A DNA stretch of 38,596 bases. It comes from Corallococcus exiguus. GTDB taxonomy: Bacteria > Myxococcota > Myxococcia > Myxococcales > Myxococcaceae. The stretch is taken from NCBI GenBank assembly GCA_012985245.1, contig JABELA010000052.1, positions 1 through 38,596 of the forward strand. The letters are read 5' to 3'. Numbering within the stretch: the stretch's first letter is position 1; the number at the start of each line of letters is the position of its first letter. This document shows, one piece after another, positions 30,703-38,596 of the stretch. A program made the translations under genes and the position numbers. Under the pieces are notes generated by a model, which saw nothing but the letters and a program-made list of their open reading frames with translations, was not told where the DNA came from and made no database searches.

Positions 30703-31776
30703 ATGGCGAAGCGCATGGCGAAGCAAGGGGAGGCGCGGGACATGGACGCGCGGCTGGAGGGAGTCGCGGACGCCTTCGAGGCGAGGGACTTCGAGGCCGC
30801 GCTCACCAGCGCCGACGCCCTGCTCCGGGACGTTCCGGACTCACCAGAAGCCCTGCACTACCGGGCCGCCGCGCTGGTGGAGGTGGGACGCCTGGAGGAC
30901 GCGGGCAAGGCCTATGGCGCCGCCCTCAAGATGGCCCCGGAAGACCTGGAGATCCTCTTCGGCGCGGCGGAATTCCTCGTGTGCCGCACCGGCGAGGACC
31001 GCGAGGCGGTGGAGGAAGGGCTGGAGTGGTGCGGCCGCGGGCGGAAGCTGGCGCAGCGGGCCGATGACGTGGAGCTCGTCTACGAGTTCCTCCTCCTGGA
31101 GGGCATGGGCCTCAACCAGCTGGGGGAATGCGAGTCCGCGCTGAAAATCCTGGACCAGGCGCTGACGCACATGCCGCGCTCGACGGACGCGCAGCTGGAG
31201 CGGGGCATCGCGCTGTTCGAGTTGTGCCGCTTCGCGCCCGCGCAGGAGGCCTTCGAGCGGGTGTTGAAGGACGCGCCGGACGAGGCCTGGGCGCACCACT
31301 ACCTGGGGCTGGTCGCGGAGCGGCGCCAGGATGCGAAGGAGGCGAAGAAGCGCTTCTCCCGGGCGCAGGCGCTGGCCCCGGAGGAGCTGCCGCCGCCGGT
31401 GGCGCTGGAGGAGGCGGCGTTCGACCGCGCGGTGGAGGACGCGATGCGCGCCCTGCCCTCCCAGGTGAAGCAGTACATGGACAACGTGACGCTGGCGGTG
31501 GAGGACCTGCCGTCGGATGAGGACCTGCTGGGTCAGCAGCCGCCACTGTCACCGTGCATCCTGGGGGTGTTCCGGGGCACGCCCGTGGGCGAGCGCAGCG
31601 TGATGGACGCGGCGGATCACTTCCCGCCCTCCATCGTGCTGTACCAGAAGAACCTGGAGCGCTTCGCGCGCACCCGCGAGGAGCTCATCGAACAGATTGG
31701 CATCACGGTGATGCACGAAGTCGGTCACTTGATGGGTCTGGATGAAGACGACCTGTGGGAGCGGGGGCTGGACTAG
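30703..31776 (+). CDS. TPR-repeat protein with C-terminal zincin-like (DUF1025-type) metallopeptidase motif
   Basis: Several 34-aa TPR-like helix pairs (ALHYRAAALVEVGRLEDAGKAYGAALKMAP...). C-terminal ITVMHEVGHLMGLDEDDLWERG carries a HExxH motif. Confidence 0.7.
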   Translation: MAKRMAKQGEARDMDARLEGVADAFEARDFEAALTSADALLRDVPDSPEALHYRAAALVEVGRLEDAGKAYGAALKMAPEDLEILFGAAEFLVCRTGEDREAVEEGLEWCGRGRKLAQRADDVELVYEFLLLEGMGLNQLGECESALKILDQALTHMPRSTDAQLERGIALFELCRFAPAQEAFERVLKDAPDEAWAHHYLGLVAERRQDAKEAKKRFSRAQALAPEELPPPVALEEAAFDRAVEDAMRALPSQVKQYMDNVTLAVEDLPSDEDLLGQQPPLSPCILGVFRGTPVGERSVMDAADHFPPSIVLYQKNLERFARTREELIEQIGITVMHEVGHLMGLDEDDLWERGLD

Positions 31777-31796
31777 CGCCGTTCTCCCCTGCCCTG

Positions 31797-32099
31797 ATGC
31801 GCGCCATGCATGCATGGACGAAGCTGGGGCTGATGGCGGTGCTGGGTCTGACGGGCTGTCTGGGCGACGACGACGAGGAGCCGCGCACGTGTCCGCAGGT
31901 GGTGGTGTTCGCGCGCTCGGACAGCGAGACGTGCCAGTCCTTCCCGACGCCGTGTGACGTGCCGGAGGGGTACGTCGAGTGCTGCGGCGGCCTCTTCGGG
32001 GGCTGCGCGGGGAACGTGTCCGGGAACACCTGCGTGGATGATCCGTCCGACACGTGCCAGCCCGGGGGCAGCGCGGACTGCCCGGGCATCTGCCAGTAG
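31797..32099 (+). CDS. Small cysteine-rich lipoprotein (hypothetical)
   Basis: Lipobox AVLGLTGC. The ~75-aa mature part has 12 Cys (CPQ...CQSFPTPCDVPEGYVECCGGLFGGCAG...CVDDPSDTCQPGGSADCPGICQ). The start was chosen at MRAMHAW to avoid overlap with the upstream gene. Confidence 0.5.
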   Translation: MRAMHAWTKLGLMAVLGLTGCLGDDDEEPRTCPQVVVFARSDSETCQSFPTPCDVPEGYVECCGGLFGGCAGNVSGNTCVDDPSDTCQPGGSADCPGICQ

Positions 32100-32104
32100 G
32101 CGTC

Positions 32105-34504
32105 TCAGGCGGCGCGAGAGCCCTTGTCCTCGAAGTAGGCGCGGCGGGCTCGGGCGCAGGTGGGGCACTGCCACTGCACCAGGGTGAGGTGGCGGTCGCC
32201 CAGGACGACGGCCTCGTGGCGGAGCGACTCCCGTGGGGCCTCGCTGGTGGCTCCGCAGGCGCAGCGCAGCCGGCCCAGCGTGGAGAGCAGCTCCTGCGGG
32301 CTGGTGATGGGGATGGCGGACCCGGCGCTGTCGCCCCGGTGGTCCGCGTCGAACTTGCGTGCGAAGGCGCGGCGCCGGCCCCAGGCGCGGCCCTTGCGCC
32401 AGAGCGCCACCGGGCCGCCCTGCGCGATGACGAACCACAGCACGAGGCACGTCGCGATGACGCCCAGGAGGATGGCACCCGCCTCGCCGGACGGAACGGA
32501 TGAGGCCTGGGGGCGGGCGGCCCGGCTCCTGAGTTGGATGGCGTAGCCGCGCTGGGCCTCGGTGGCGCGCACGGCCTTCACGTACTCGGCGATGCGCTCG
32601 GGCGGGACCGAATCCGCGGTGCTGCGGTAGCTGTAGTCGAGCAGCAGCGTCTTGCCTTCGGCGCGGGTGTCGGCCACGAAGCGGAAGGCCGGACCGTCCA
32701 CGACCTCGTACTCCGTTTTGACAGGGGGCAGCTCGCCGGCCTTCAGCGTGATGCGGTGGCGGGCGAAGACGGGGTGCTCCACCTCCAGCGGGAAGGCGCG
32801 GTGGGAGTAGTTCGGCACGGCGAGGTGCTGGCGCAGGCCATGCGCGCGGAACTCCCGGCGACCGTCCGAGGTCCAGAAGTCCTCGATGCGGTAGTGCTCT
32901 TGCGTGACGAGCACGTTCGTCACGGTGTCGTCGTCCACCGACATGGGCTTCGCGATGGAGATGTCCGCGTCCGTCTTCGCGTAGTAGTTGAAGTAGAGGC
33001 GGGACACCTCGGACAGGGACGTGCCCGCGAGCGCGCGGCGCATGGAGTTGGCGTCCGCCCCCGTGCGCGTGGTGACGACGTCGAGTGTCGCGGCCCCGTC
33101 GCGGCCCTTCGCGACGTAGGTCTCGTCCACGAAGATGGAGGGCTCCGTCAGCGTGGGCGCGGGGATGACGGAGAGCGCCGTGGTGGCGGGGGCGACGAGG
33201 AGGGCCCGGCCGTAGGAGGGCGGCTCGTAGCTGTCCAGCCCGCCGCGCTCCAGCGTCGCCGTGGGGTCCACCCACAGCTCACGGCCGGCCACGGTGGCGT
33301 GGACGATGACGTGGTTGAACGCGGTGGCGGTGGGACGCAAGCCGTCCAGCAGCTGCGTGAGGTCCGTGCTCACGAGCGCCGGCTGCGCGTCGATGCCCAG
33401 CCCATTGAGGAGCGATACCAAGAGGAGCGACTTGTCCTTGCAGTCGCCGAAGCGGCGCTGGAGGACCTCGTCGGGCGGATGGGGCTGGTGGGAGTTGGGG
33501 CCCATCTCGATGCCCAGGTAGCGCACCTCGTCCTGGACGAAGCGAAGCGCGGCGAGGAAGCGAGCCTCCGGGGTGGGCTCCTTCGACAGCCGGCGGACCT
33601 CCTGCTCCAGCGACTTCGAGCGGGCGGGCACCTGGAACAGCGTGGAGGCCCAGCGCGCGACGTCGTTCCAGTCCTTGTATTCGCTGAACTGGATCCACGG
33701 GTAGACGGGCTGCCAGCCGGGGACGTTGTCCTCGTGGCGGACCGCGGGCACGTGGCGGCGCTCCAGGATGATTTCACGCTCGCCGTTCAGCATCGACTCC
33801 GAGCGCGACAGGCCCGGCGCGGCGAAGTCCCGGATGAAGAGCGTGCGACCCCGCCCTTCCGGCCACAGCAGCCGGTAGGCGAAGTGGACCACGGGATAGG
33901 AATGGCCCACGCCGACGACGTCGGAGAAGCGGCCGCCAAAGACGGGGTTGGCGCCTTCGAAGGAGTACGCGACCTCCACGGTGTCGCCCACCCGCACGTC
34001 GTGGAGGAAGGGCACCACGGAGAGGTTGCCGTTGTAGAGCCGGTTCTGGAGCTCGGTCTCCTGCTGGATGACCCGGGCCTCGGCGGGCTGGAAGACGTCC
34101 TCGCGGCGGCCGTCGCGGATGCGCCAGATGCCGTGGACGGTGAGCTTCTGGTACGTCGGATCGAAGCGGAACTGGATGTCCGTGACGCGGTCGATGCCCC
34201 GCGGAGAGAGGACCTTCTGGGCCGAGTGCAGGTAGTGCACGCGCGATGGGCCTGACACGCGCACCTGTTCCTCGATCAGCAGCCGGGAGACGCTGGTCTC
34301 CTCCTCGCCCTCGGGAGTCGGGCCGGGGTCTGGAGGAATGGGAAGCGGCCTCACCCACGCGGCGGGAGGCCCGACGCGGAACGGCCTGGCGTTCGTCGCC
34401 GCCGGTGCTGCCCGGGCGATCAAGGACAGACACAGACACAGCAGCAGGACGAGCGCCGGCGGGAAGCCCGGTGCCAGGGGGACGGGACGGAAGGTTCGGC
34501 GCAT
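32105..34504 (-). CDS. Large secreted transglutaminase-like (DUF3857/DUF3858-type) protein with C-terminal TM segment and zinc-ribbon-like tail
   Basis: Signal peptide (ALVLLLCLCLSLIARAAP). Transglutaminase-like Cys core FGDCKDKSLLLVSLLNGLGIDAQPALV. TM helix AILLGVIATCLVLWFVIA near the C-terminus, followed by CACG...CPTCARA Cys pairs. Confidence 0.8.
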   Translation of the reverse strand: MRRTFRPVPLAPGFPPALVLLLCLCLSLIARAAPAATNARPFRVGPPAAWVRPLPIPPDPGPTPEGEEETSVSRLLIEEQVRVSGPSRVHYLHSAQKVLSPRGIDRVTDIQFRFDPTYQKLTVHGIWRIRDGRREDVFQPAEARVIQQETELQNRLYNGNLSVVPFLHDVRVGDTVEVAYSFEGANPVFGGRFSDVVGVGHSYPVVHFAYRLLWPEGRGRTLFIRDFAAPGLSRSESMLNGEREIILERRHVPAVRHEDNVPGWQPVYPWIQFSEYKDWNDVARWASTLFQVPARSKSLEQEVRRLSKEPTPEARFLAALRFVQDEVRYLGIEMGPNSHQPHPPDEVLQRRFGDCKDKSLLLVSLLNGLGIDAQPALVSTDLTQLLDGLRPTATAFNHVIVHATVAGRELWVDPTATLERGGLDSYEPPSYGRALLVAPATTALSVIPAPTLTEPSIFVDETYVAKGRDGAATLDVVTTRTGADANSMRRALAGTSLSEVSRLYFNYYAKTDADISIAKPMSVDDDTVTNVLVTQEHYRIEDFWTSDGRREFRAHGLRQHLAVPNYSHRAFPLEVEHPVFARHRITLKAGELPPVKTEYEVVDGPAFRFVADTRAEGKTLLLDYSYRSTADSVPPERIAEYVKAVRATEAQRGYAIQLRSRAARPQASSVPSGEAGAILLGVIATCLVLWFVIAQGGPVALWRKGRAWGRRRAFARKFDADHRGDSAGSAIPITSPQELLSTLGRLRCACGATSEAPRESLRHEAVVLGDRHLTLVQWQCPTCARARRAYFEDKGSRAA

Positions 34505-34684
34505 GGCGGAGAAGGACTTCCATCATGGAGCCCGGACGACACGCCGGACAAGGCGCCCCCTGGGACACCTGGCGAGCGGCCCCGCTTCATTCACCAGTGA
34601 AAACCGTCATGCAGGCCAAGCCTGGAATTGCCGTGACACGGGCTAGGGTTCCGGCCATCGGTTGGAAGGCCCAGGAGGCTGGCG

Positions 34685-35650
34685 ATGGTCAACGTGAGGC
34701 AGGTCGCGACGCGGCTGAAGAGTGCGTTCCTGGCGGACCCGGAGCGCTTCTATACGAACGAGACAGGGGCCTGGGTGGCGGGGATGCCGGCGCCGAGCGA
34801 CATCCGGGTGACGACGGGCCGGGAGCCCTTCTGGATCAACCTGGGCTACTGGAAGCACGTGGAGAAGGTGGACGACTCCAACGTGGAGCGCGTGGGGGAG
34901 CTGTTCCGGTCCGCCCAGGCGGAGATGGCGCGCCTCCTGGCGAGGACCGCGAAGCTGGGGCCTGGGGATGCCGTCTTGGACTGCGGCTTCGGGTACGCGG
35001 ACCAGGACCTGCTGTGGGCGGAGGAGTTCAAGCCCGCGAGCATCGTCGGGGTGAACATCACGCCGAACCAGGTGAAGGTGGGCCGGGAGCGCGTGAAGCT
35101 GACGGGGCTGGAGGGCGTGGTCCGGCTGGAGGTGGGGAGCGCGACGGCGCTGCCGGGTGCGGGGGCGTTCGACGTGGTGTTCGCGTTGGAGTCCGCGATG
35201 CATTTCCGGATGCGGCAGGACTTCCTGCGCGAGGCCTTCCGGGTGCTGAAGCCGGGAGGCCGGCTGGTGATGGCGGACATGGCGCAGAAGACGGACCGTG
35301 AGGCCGGAGCAGGACTCCGAGCGCGGCTGCGCTACCGCTACTGGCGGGGACTGATTGCGTTTCCGGAGGAGAACGTCTGGTCGACGGAGCGCTACCGGGA
35401 GGAGCTGCGGCGGGCGGGGTTCCAGGACGCGACGGTGGAGTCCATCGCGGAGGATGTGTACCCGGCGGTGAACACGGCGCTGGTGGCGCTGCGGGGCATG
35501 ACGCAGCTGGAGAGGCAGCCGGGGAGCACGTCCCTGCACCAGGTGCGCGCGGACGTGCACAAGGCGATGCGGATGACACCGGAGCAGCTCCAGTGGCCCG
35601 CGCTGTTCAACTGCGATGAGTACGCCGTGGTGTCCGCGCGCAAGCCGTGA
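34685..35650 (+). CDS. Class I SAM-dependent methyltransferase
   Basis: Motif I VLDCGFGYADQD. Motif post-II/III ...FDVVFALESAMHF...LKPGGRLVMAD. Confidence 0.8.
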   Translation: MVNVRQVATRLKSAFLADPERFYTNETGAWVAGMPAPSDIRVTTGREPFWINLGYWKHVEKVDDSNVERVGELFRSAQAEMARLLARTAKLGPGDAVLDCGFGYADQDLLWAEEFKPASIVGVNITPNQVKVGRERVKLTGLEGVVRLEVGSATALPGAGAFDVVFALESAMHFRMRQDFLREAFRVLKPGGRLVMADMAQKTDREAGAGLRARLRYRYWRGLIAFPEENVWSTERYREELRRAGFQDATVESIAEDVYPAVNTALVALRGMTQLERQPGSTSLHQVRADVHKAMRMTPEQLQWPALFNCDEYAVVSARKP

Positions 35651-35690
35651 CGGTGGTTGACGGACTGGCGCGGAGCGGCGGTAATCGCCT

Positions 35691-35790
35691 GCGGTAGGGC
35701 CTCCGGACCTGGTGGCCGGCCCGGTCTTCAAAACCGGTGAGGGGCTGCGAGAGCAGTCCCTGGCGAGTTCGATTCCCGTGCCCTACCGCC
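35691..35790 (+). tRNA. selC: tRNA-Sec (selC-like, anticodon UCA) with long variable arm
   Basis: Acceptor arms gcggtaggg / ccctaccgc. Anticodon stem-loop ccggt-cTTCAaaa-ccgg closely matches E. coli selC GGACTTCAAATCC. Long extra arm ggggctgc-gaga-gcagtccc (E. coli: GGGGCCGC-CA-GCGGTCCC). T-loop gagTTCGATTccc. Total length ~100 nt. Exact ends are ±3 nt. Confidence 0.7.
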
Positions 35791-35879
35791 ATGTTTTCCT
35801 TGGGGTTTTCTGACGCGGCCCTGATCGGGTTGCGAGGCGCCCTGCCCTCCCTTACCTCTCGTACCCAAGTTCTACCCAA

Positions 35880-37046
35880 ATGAGGGGGTACGGGCCGCGT
35901 ATGCCGAAGTGGAGCGGGAAGTGGATCGGGGGCCGCACGTACACGGCCACCGACGGAAGCACGCGCTGGATCATCCGCAAGACCGTCGCCGGGGTCGCGC
36001 ACAACGTCACGCTGGACGTGCGGAGCGAGGCCGAGGCACTGGCCGAGCTGGCGGCCTTCCGCCGCAACCCGGTCGCGTACCGGACCGCGAGCCAGGAGCG
36101 CCAGGACGAGGCCCAGCAGGCCCAAGAGGACGCCGCGCAGGCGGTGTTCCTGGACGAGGATCGCGCCCGGCGGTTCCTCCAGCACCTGAAGGCCAGCGGC
36201 AGGTCCGTCGAGTACCTGAAGAGCACGCGCAGCTACCTGGCCGCGTGGGCAACGGCGCTCATGGGCAAGGACCTACGCGTGGTGACCGGACCGGCGTTGA
36301 AGAAGATCCTGGCCACCTGGGACACCGGAAAGAAGTGGAGAATCATCGTGTTCAAGTCCTTCACCTCGTTCCTACTGGACGCGGGCGAGTTGGACCCGAT
36401 GGTGAACCCCGGGCGCTTCCTGAAGGTCCCCCCTGCCCGTCGAAACCACGAACTCAAGGGCTACAGCATCGAGCACGTCCAGAAGCTCTACGCGGCCCTC
36501 GGCTCGCAGGCCATCCGCGACGTGCTGTGCCTCCAGGCCAAGACCGGAATGCACGGCACCGAGGTGGACCGGCTCGCGAGCGGTGACGGAAAGATCACGG
36601 CGTTGAAGGACCAGGGCGAGATCGCAGCCACCGTCACGTTCAAGCACAAGACCGGGAAGCGGTTCACCTTGTCGCTCGATACGCAGGGGCTCGCCGCCGC
36701 CCAGCGCCTTCAAGCCCGGGGTTCAGCGCCGGATCGGCAGACCATCCGTGAGGCCGTGGAGCGAGTGTGCGCGCGCACGGGCCTGGAGTTCGTTCACTTC
36801 GGCGCGATCCGGCACAGCTTCGCAACATGGCTGGTCGAGCGAGGCAGCCTTTACAACCCGCAGGGCGGCGGCCTCTCCCTGGAAGCCGTAGCCCAGGCGC
36901 TCAACCACAGCAGCACACGGACCACGGCCCTCCACTACGTCAGCGCCACAGTGCCGCCGATGTACGTCGTCCCCATCTGCCTGGCGCATCCAGCCGATCC
37001 AGTGACGCTGCGCATCGTACAGGCCCAGGCGCTTCAGTCCGAATGA
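35880..37046 (+). CDS. int: Tyrosine-type site-specific integrase (phage integrase family)
   Basis: C-terminal catalytic domain with R...HxxR (IRHSFATWLVERG) and a Tyr nucleophile region (LNHSSTRTTALHYV). The N-terminal SAM-like/arm-binding region is present. The gene sits 90 nt downstream of the tRNA-Sec 3' end. Confidence 0.9.
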   Translation: MRGYGPRMPKWSGKWIGGRTYTATDGSTRWIIRKTVAGVAHNVTLDVRSEAEALAELAAFRRNPVAYRTASQERQDEAQQAQEDAAQAVFLDEDRARRFLQHLKASGRSVEYLKSTRSYLAAWATALMGKDLRVVTGPALKKILATWDTGKKWRIIVFKSFTSFLLDAGELDPMVNPGRFLKVPPARRNHELKGYSIEHVQKLYAALGSQAIRDVLCLQAKTGMHGTEVDRLASGDGKITALKDQGEIAATVTFKHKTGKRFTLSLDTQGLAAAQRLQARGSAPDRQTIREAVERVCARTGLEFVHFGAIRHSFATWLVERGSLYNPQGGGLSLEAVAQALNHSSTRTTALHYVSATVPPMYVVPICLAHPADPVTLRIVQAQALQSE

Positions 37047-37173
37047 GACACCGCACCGTCCTTTGGTTGCCTTGACAGTGTTCTGACCACTCTTACGTTG
37101 GCGTGCCAGCGAGCATGCCGCCCGGTGGCTTTGACTTTGGACCTACTGGCTCCTCGGGAGCCCCGGAGGAGCT

Positions 37174-37965
37174 ATGCGTTTGATTCAGAGATTCCTCGAC
37201 CTGCTGTCCGGCGAGGAAGTGCCACTGCCGCTGCGAGCGCTGGGCATCACACGCGACCAGATGCGGTTCTTGAGGGTCGAGGCCGAGAAGGCGGCGGCAA
37301 TGCCGCCACGCGTAGCGCTAATCGGCGAGACGGGTGTGGGCAAGTCCACGACCATCAATGCCCTTTTCAATGCAGGGCGCCCGGTGAGCCACACCGAAGC
37401 CTGCACCCAGGAGGCGCACGAATCCCGCTACACCGGCTCCAAAGGAGAAATCGTTGTCGTGGACATGCCCGGCATCGGTGAGGACACGGAGGCGGACAAG
37501 GTGCACCTCGACACGTACCGGCGCGTCCTTCCCACCGTGGACGTTGTGCTGTGGGTGTTCAAGGCCGACAACCGCGCCATCGCCAACATTCAGCGCGTGT
37601 TGAAGGTGCTGGTGGATGAGAGCGTCTTGAACCCGAAGCACTTGGTCATTGGACTTAATCAGGTGGACCTGCTTCAGCCCGGAGAGTGGAACTCGCTCAT
37701 CAACTTGCCCTCGGCGCAGCAGGAAGAGTCCATTCATGCGCGCACCCGGGACATCGAGGCGAAGCTGGGACGCGCATGCCCCCTACCGGCCGGACGGGTG
37801 GTGCCCTACTCGGCGACGAAGGCATACGAAACGGACCGCCTCTTCCATGCGATGCTTGATGCCTGTGACCGTAAGCGTCAGTGGGCATTGTTTGAGCGCG
37901 CAGACTGCGCCGACTTCACCACCCTTGTGGACCCCAACCTGCTGAAGCTGGCGGCTGGAAACTAG
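37174..37965 (+). CDS. YeeP/YfjP-like small GTPase (MMR_HSR1 / 50S-ribosome-binding-GTPase fold) of integrated islands
   Basis: G1 GETGVGKST. G3 DMPGIGE. G4 NQVD. The ~260-aa size and the integrase-adjacent position are typical of the E. coli prophage YeeP/YfjP/YkfA family. GC is noticeably lower than in the host genes. Confidence 0.8.
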   Translation: MRLIQRFLDLLSGEEVPLPLRALGITRDQMRFLRVEAEKAAAMPPRVALIGETGVGKSTTINALFNAGRPVSHTEACTQEAHESRYTGSKGEIVVVDMPGIGEDTEADKVHLDTYRRVLPTVDVVLWVFKADNRAIANIQRVLKVLVDESVLNPKHLVIGLNQVDLLQPGEWNSLINLPSAQQEESIHARTRDIEAKLGRACPLPAGRVVPYSATKAYETDRLFHAMLDACDRKRQWALFERADCADFTTLVDPNLLKLAAGN

Positions 37966-37977
37966 GAGCGCACGATC

Positions 37978-38193
37978 ATGTCCTTTTCCGATGACGAGAA
38001 CGTCAAGCGCTTGCGCCAAGGGCTCGATCAACGCAGCCAGTGGCGGATCAAGAACGAAGAGATAGCAGCGAACTCCATCACCGACTTCCTGATGGATCTC
38101 ATTCGACCATTCGTGAAGGAAGTTGCCCAAGCTGCGGTCTCAGCCTTTAGCGGCTTCATCGATTGGCTCCGAGGGCTCTTTGCCAAGAAGTAG
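37978..38193 (+). CDS. Small protein with C-terminal amphipathic/hydrophobic helix (hypothetical, 71 aa)
   Basis: RBS AGGAGC 8 nt upstream. It lies 12 nt after the GTPase stop, so translational coupling is possible. The C-terminus VAQAAVSAFSGFIDWLRGLFAKK looks membrane-interacting. Low GC. Confidence 0.45.
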   Translation: MSFSDDENVKRLRQGLDQRSQWRIKNEEIAANSITDFLMDLIRPFVKEVAQAAVSAFSGFIDWLRGLFAKK

Positions 38194-38332
38194 CGCGGCA
38201 CCCACCAGAATCCACCGGCCTTGGGTGGCGAAGTGCTCGGGGAGCTGAAGCAATTTTCTCCCCGAGTTGCTTTCACCCCAGAGGCTCATGGCTATTCTTA
38301 TCTGCCCTTGGCACGAGGTGCGGGCGGCTCAC

Positions 38333-38362
38333 ATTTCCGGAGAGTATATGGATTTAGAGTAT
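38333..38362. repeat. Perfect 15-bp tandem direct repeat (gagtatatggattta x2) in AT-rich intergenic DNA
   Basis: Read directly from the sequence; local GC is ~35–40% against a ~70% background. Confidence 0.8.
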
Positions 38363-38379
38363 ATGGATTTAATGGCCCT

Positions 38380-38459
38380 CAAGGATAAGAGCGCCTAACA
38401 AAAGTAAGGACTGGAGCGGCTTCCCAGAGGGACGGTGCCCCTCTGAAGGGACTTTTGTT
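38380..38459. repeat. ~80-bp imperfect palindrome with 17-bp perfect arms (gagcgcctaacaaaagt / acttttgttaggcgctc) and nested inner inverted repeat
   Basis: Arms read directly. The inner cttcccagaggg / ccctctgaaggg pairing is also visible. This could be an IS end/target structure, a terminator or a small RNA. Confidence 0.6.
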
Positions 38460-38500
38460 AGGCGCTCTATGGGCCTGCTCCGGTTCGGTGGACAGGTTGA

Positions 38501-38596
38501 CTACGCTGCCAGCCTCTTGGTTGCGGCCCTCCGCTCGTATTCCACTGGGCTGACGTAGCCCAGGGCGGAGTGGCGCCGCTTCCGGTTGTAGAACAC
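38501..38596 (-). mobile_element. 3' end of IS3-family transposase gene (orfB, DDE/rve C-terminus), truncated by window edge
   Basis: The reverse complement of 38501–38596 translates to VFYNRKRRHSALGYVSPVEYERRAATKRLAA*. The FYN(R/H)xRxHSxLGYxSPxE(F/Y)E signature is the conserved C-terminus of the IS3/rve integrase core. Confidence 0.6.

Noticed and set aside
31773-33275. 500-aa minus-strand and 573-aa plus-strand (32534–34255) ORFs
   Set aside because: They lie in alternative frames or antisense relative to the transglutaminase-like gene and the Cys-rich lipoprotein gene. They are Arg/Gly/Pro-rich with no motifs.
34246-35301. 351-aa + ORF and 362-aa - ORF (34643–35731)
   Set aside because: They overlap the methyltransferase gene, which has clear SAM-binding motifs, in other frames. 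Composition is that of a GC-artefact.
35909-36586. 225-aa alternative-frame ORF inside the integrase gene
   Set aside because: It is Arg/Gly/Pro-rich, whereas the integrase frame shows RHR-Y catalytic signatures.

Overview
This is a high-GC (~70%) window that looks myxobacterial (Myxococcus/Corallococcus-like). Evidence for that: a MYXO-CTERM sorting tail, DAGT-type Thr/Asp/Ala/Gly linker repeats, and a gene order that fits my recollection of the Myxococcus xanthus romR–encC–groEL2 neighbourhood. Most long ORFs in the six-frame track are antisense GC artefacts. The genes I can support, left to right: a secreted Cys-rich repeat protein, aminopeptidase N (M1), a PKD/Ig + Kelch lipoprotein, an SDR, a LysR regulator, a phenylalanine-hydroxylase-like enzyme with a long C-terminal extension, a LysM + C39-like peptidase multidomain wall hydrolase, a secreted hypothetical, a MYXO-CTERM metalloprotease, a DAGT-repeat lipoprotein, a clear bacterial homologue of the eukaryotic major vault protein (MVP), a small Cys-rich secreted peptide, nadC, valS (with a histone-H1-like KKA tail), a RomR-like response regulator, a tandem CheW-like protein, a REC-GGDEF cyclase, a small ferritin-like encapsulin cargo protein with a C-terminal targeting peptide (no shell gene in the window), a hybrid histidine kinase, an orphan groEL, a CheY-like regulator, a TPR + zincin-like protein, a Cys-rich lipoprotein, a large transglutaminase-like protein and a methyltransferase. 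A tRNA-Sec (selC-like) gene then marks the left edge of an integrated island: tyrosine integrase, YeeP/YfjP-like GTPase, a small amphipathic peptide, an AT-rich repeat region, and the 3' end of an IS3-family transposase at the window edge. The most interesting items are the bacterial MVP (possibly in an operon with two secreted proteins), the selC island with a GTPase + small-peptide module, the orphan encapsulin cargo gene, and the ValRS–histone-like fusion. Caveat: in at least one place my base-level reading of the printed sequence disagreed with the ORF track by 1 nt. Coordinates therefore follow the ORF track and internal start-codon choices are approximate.
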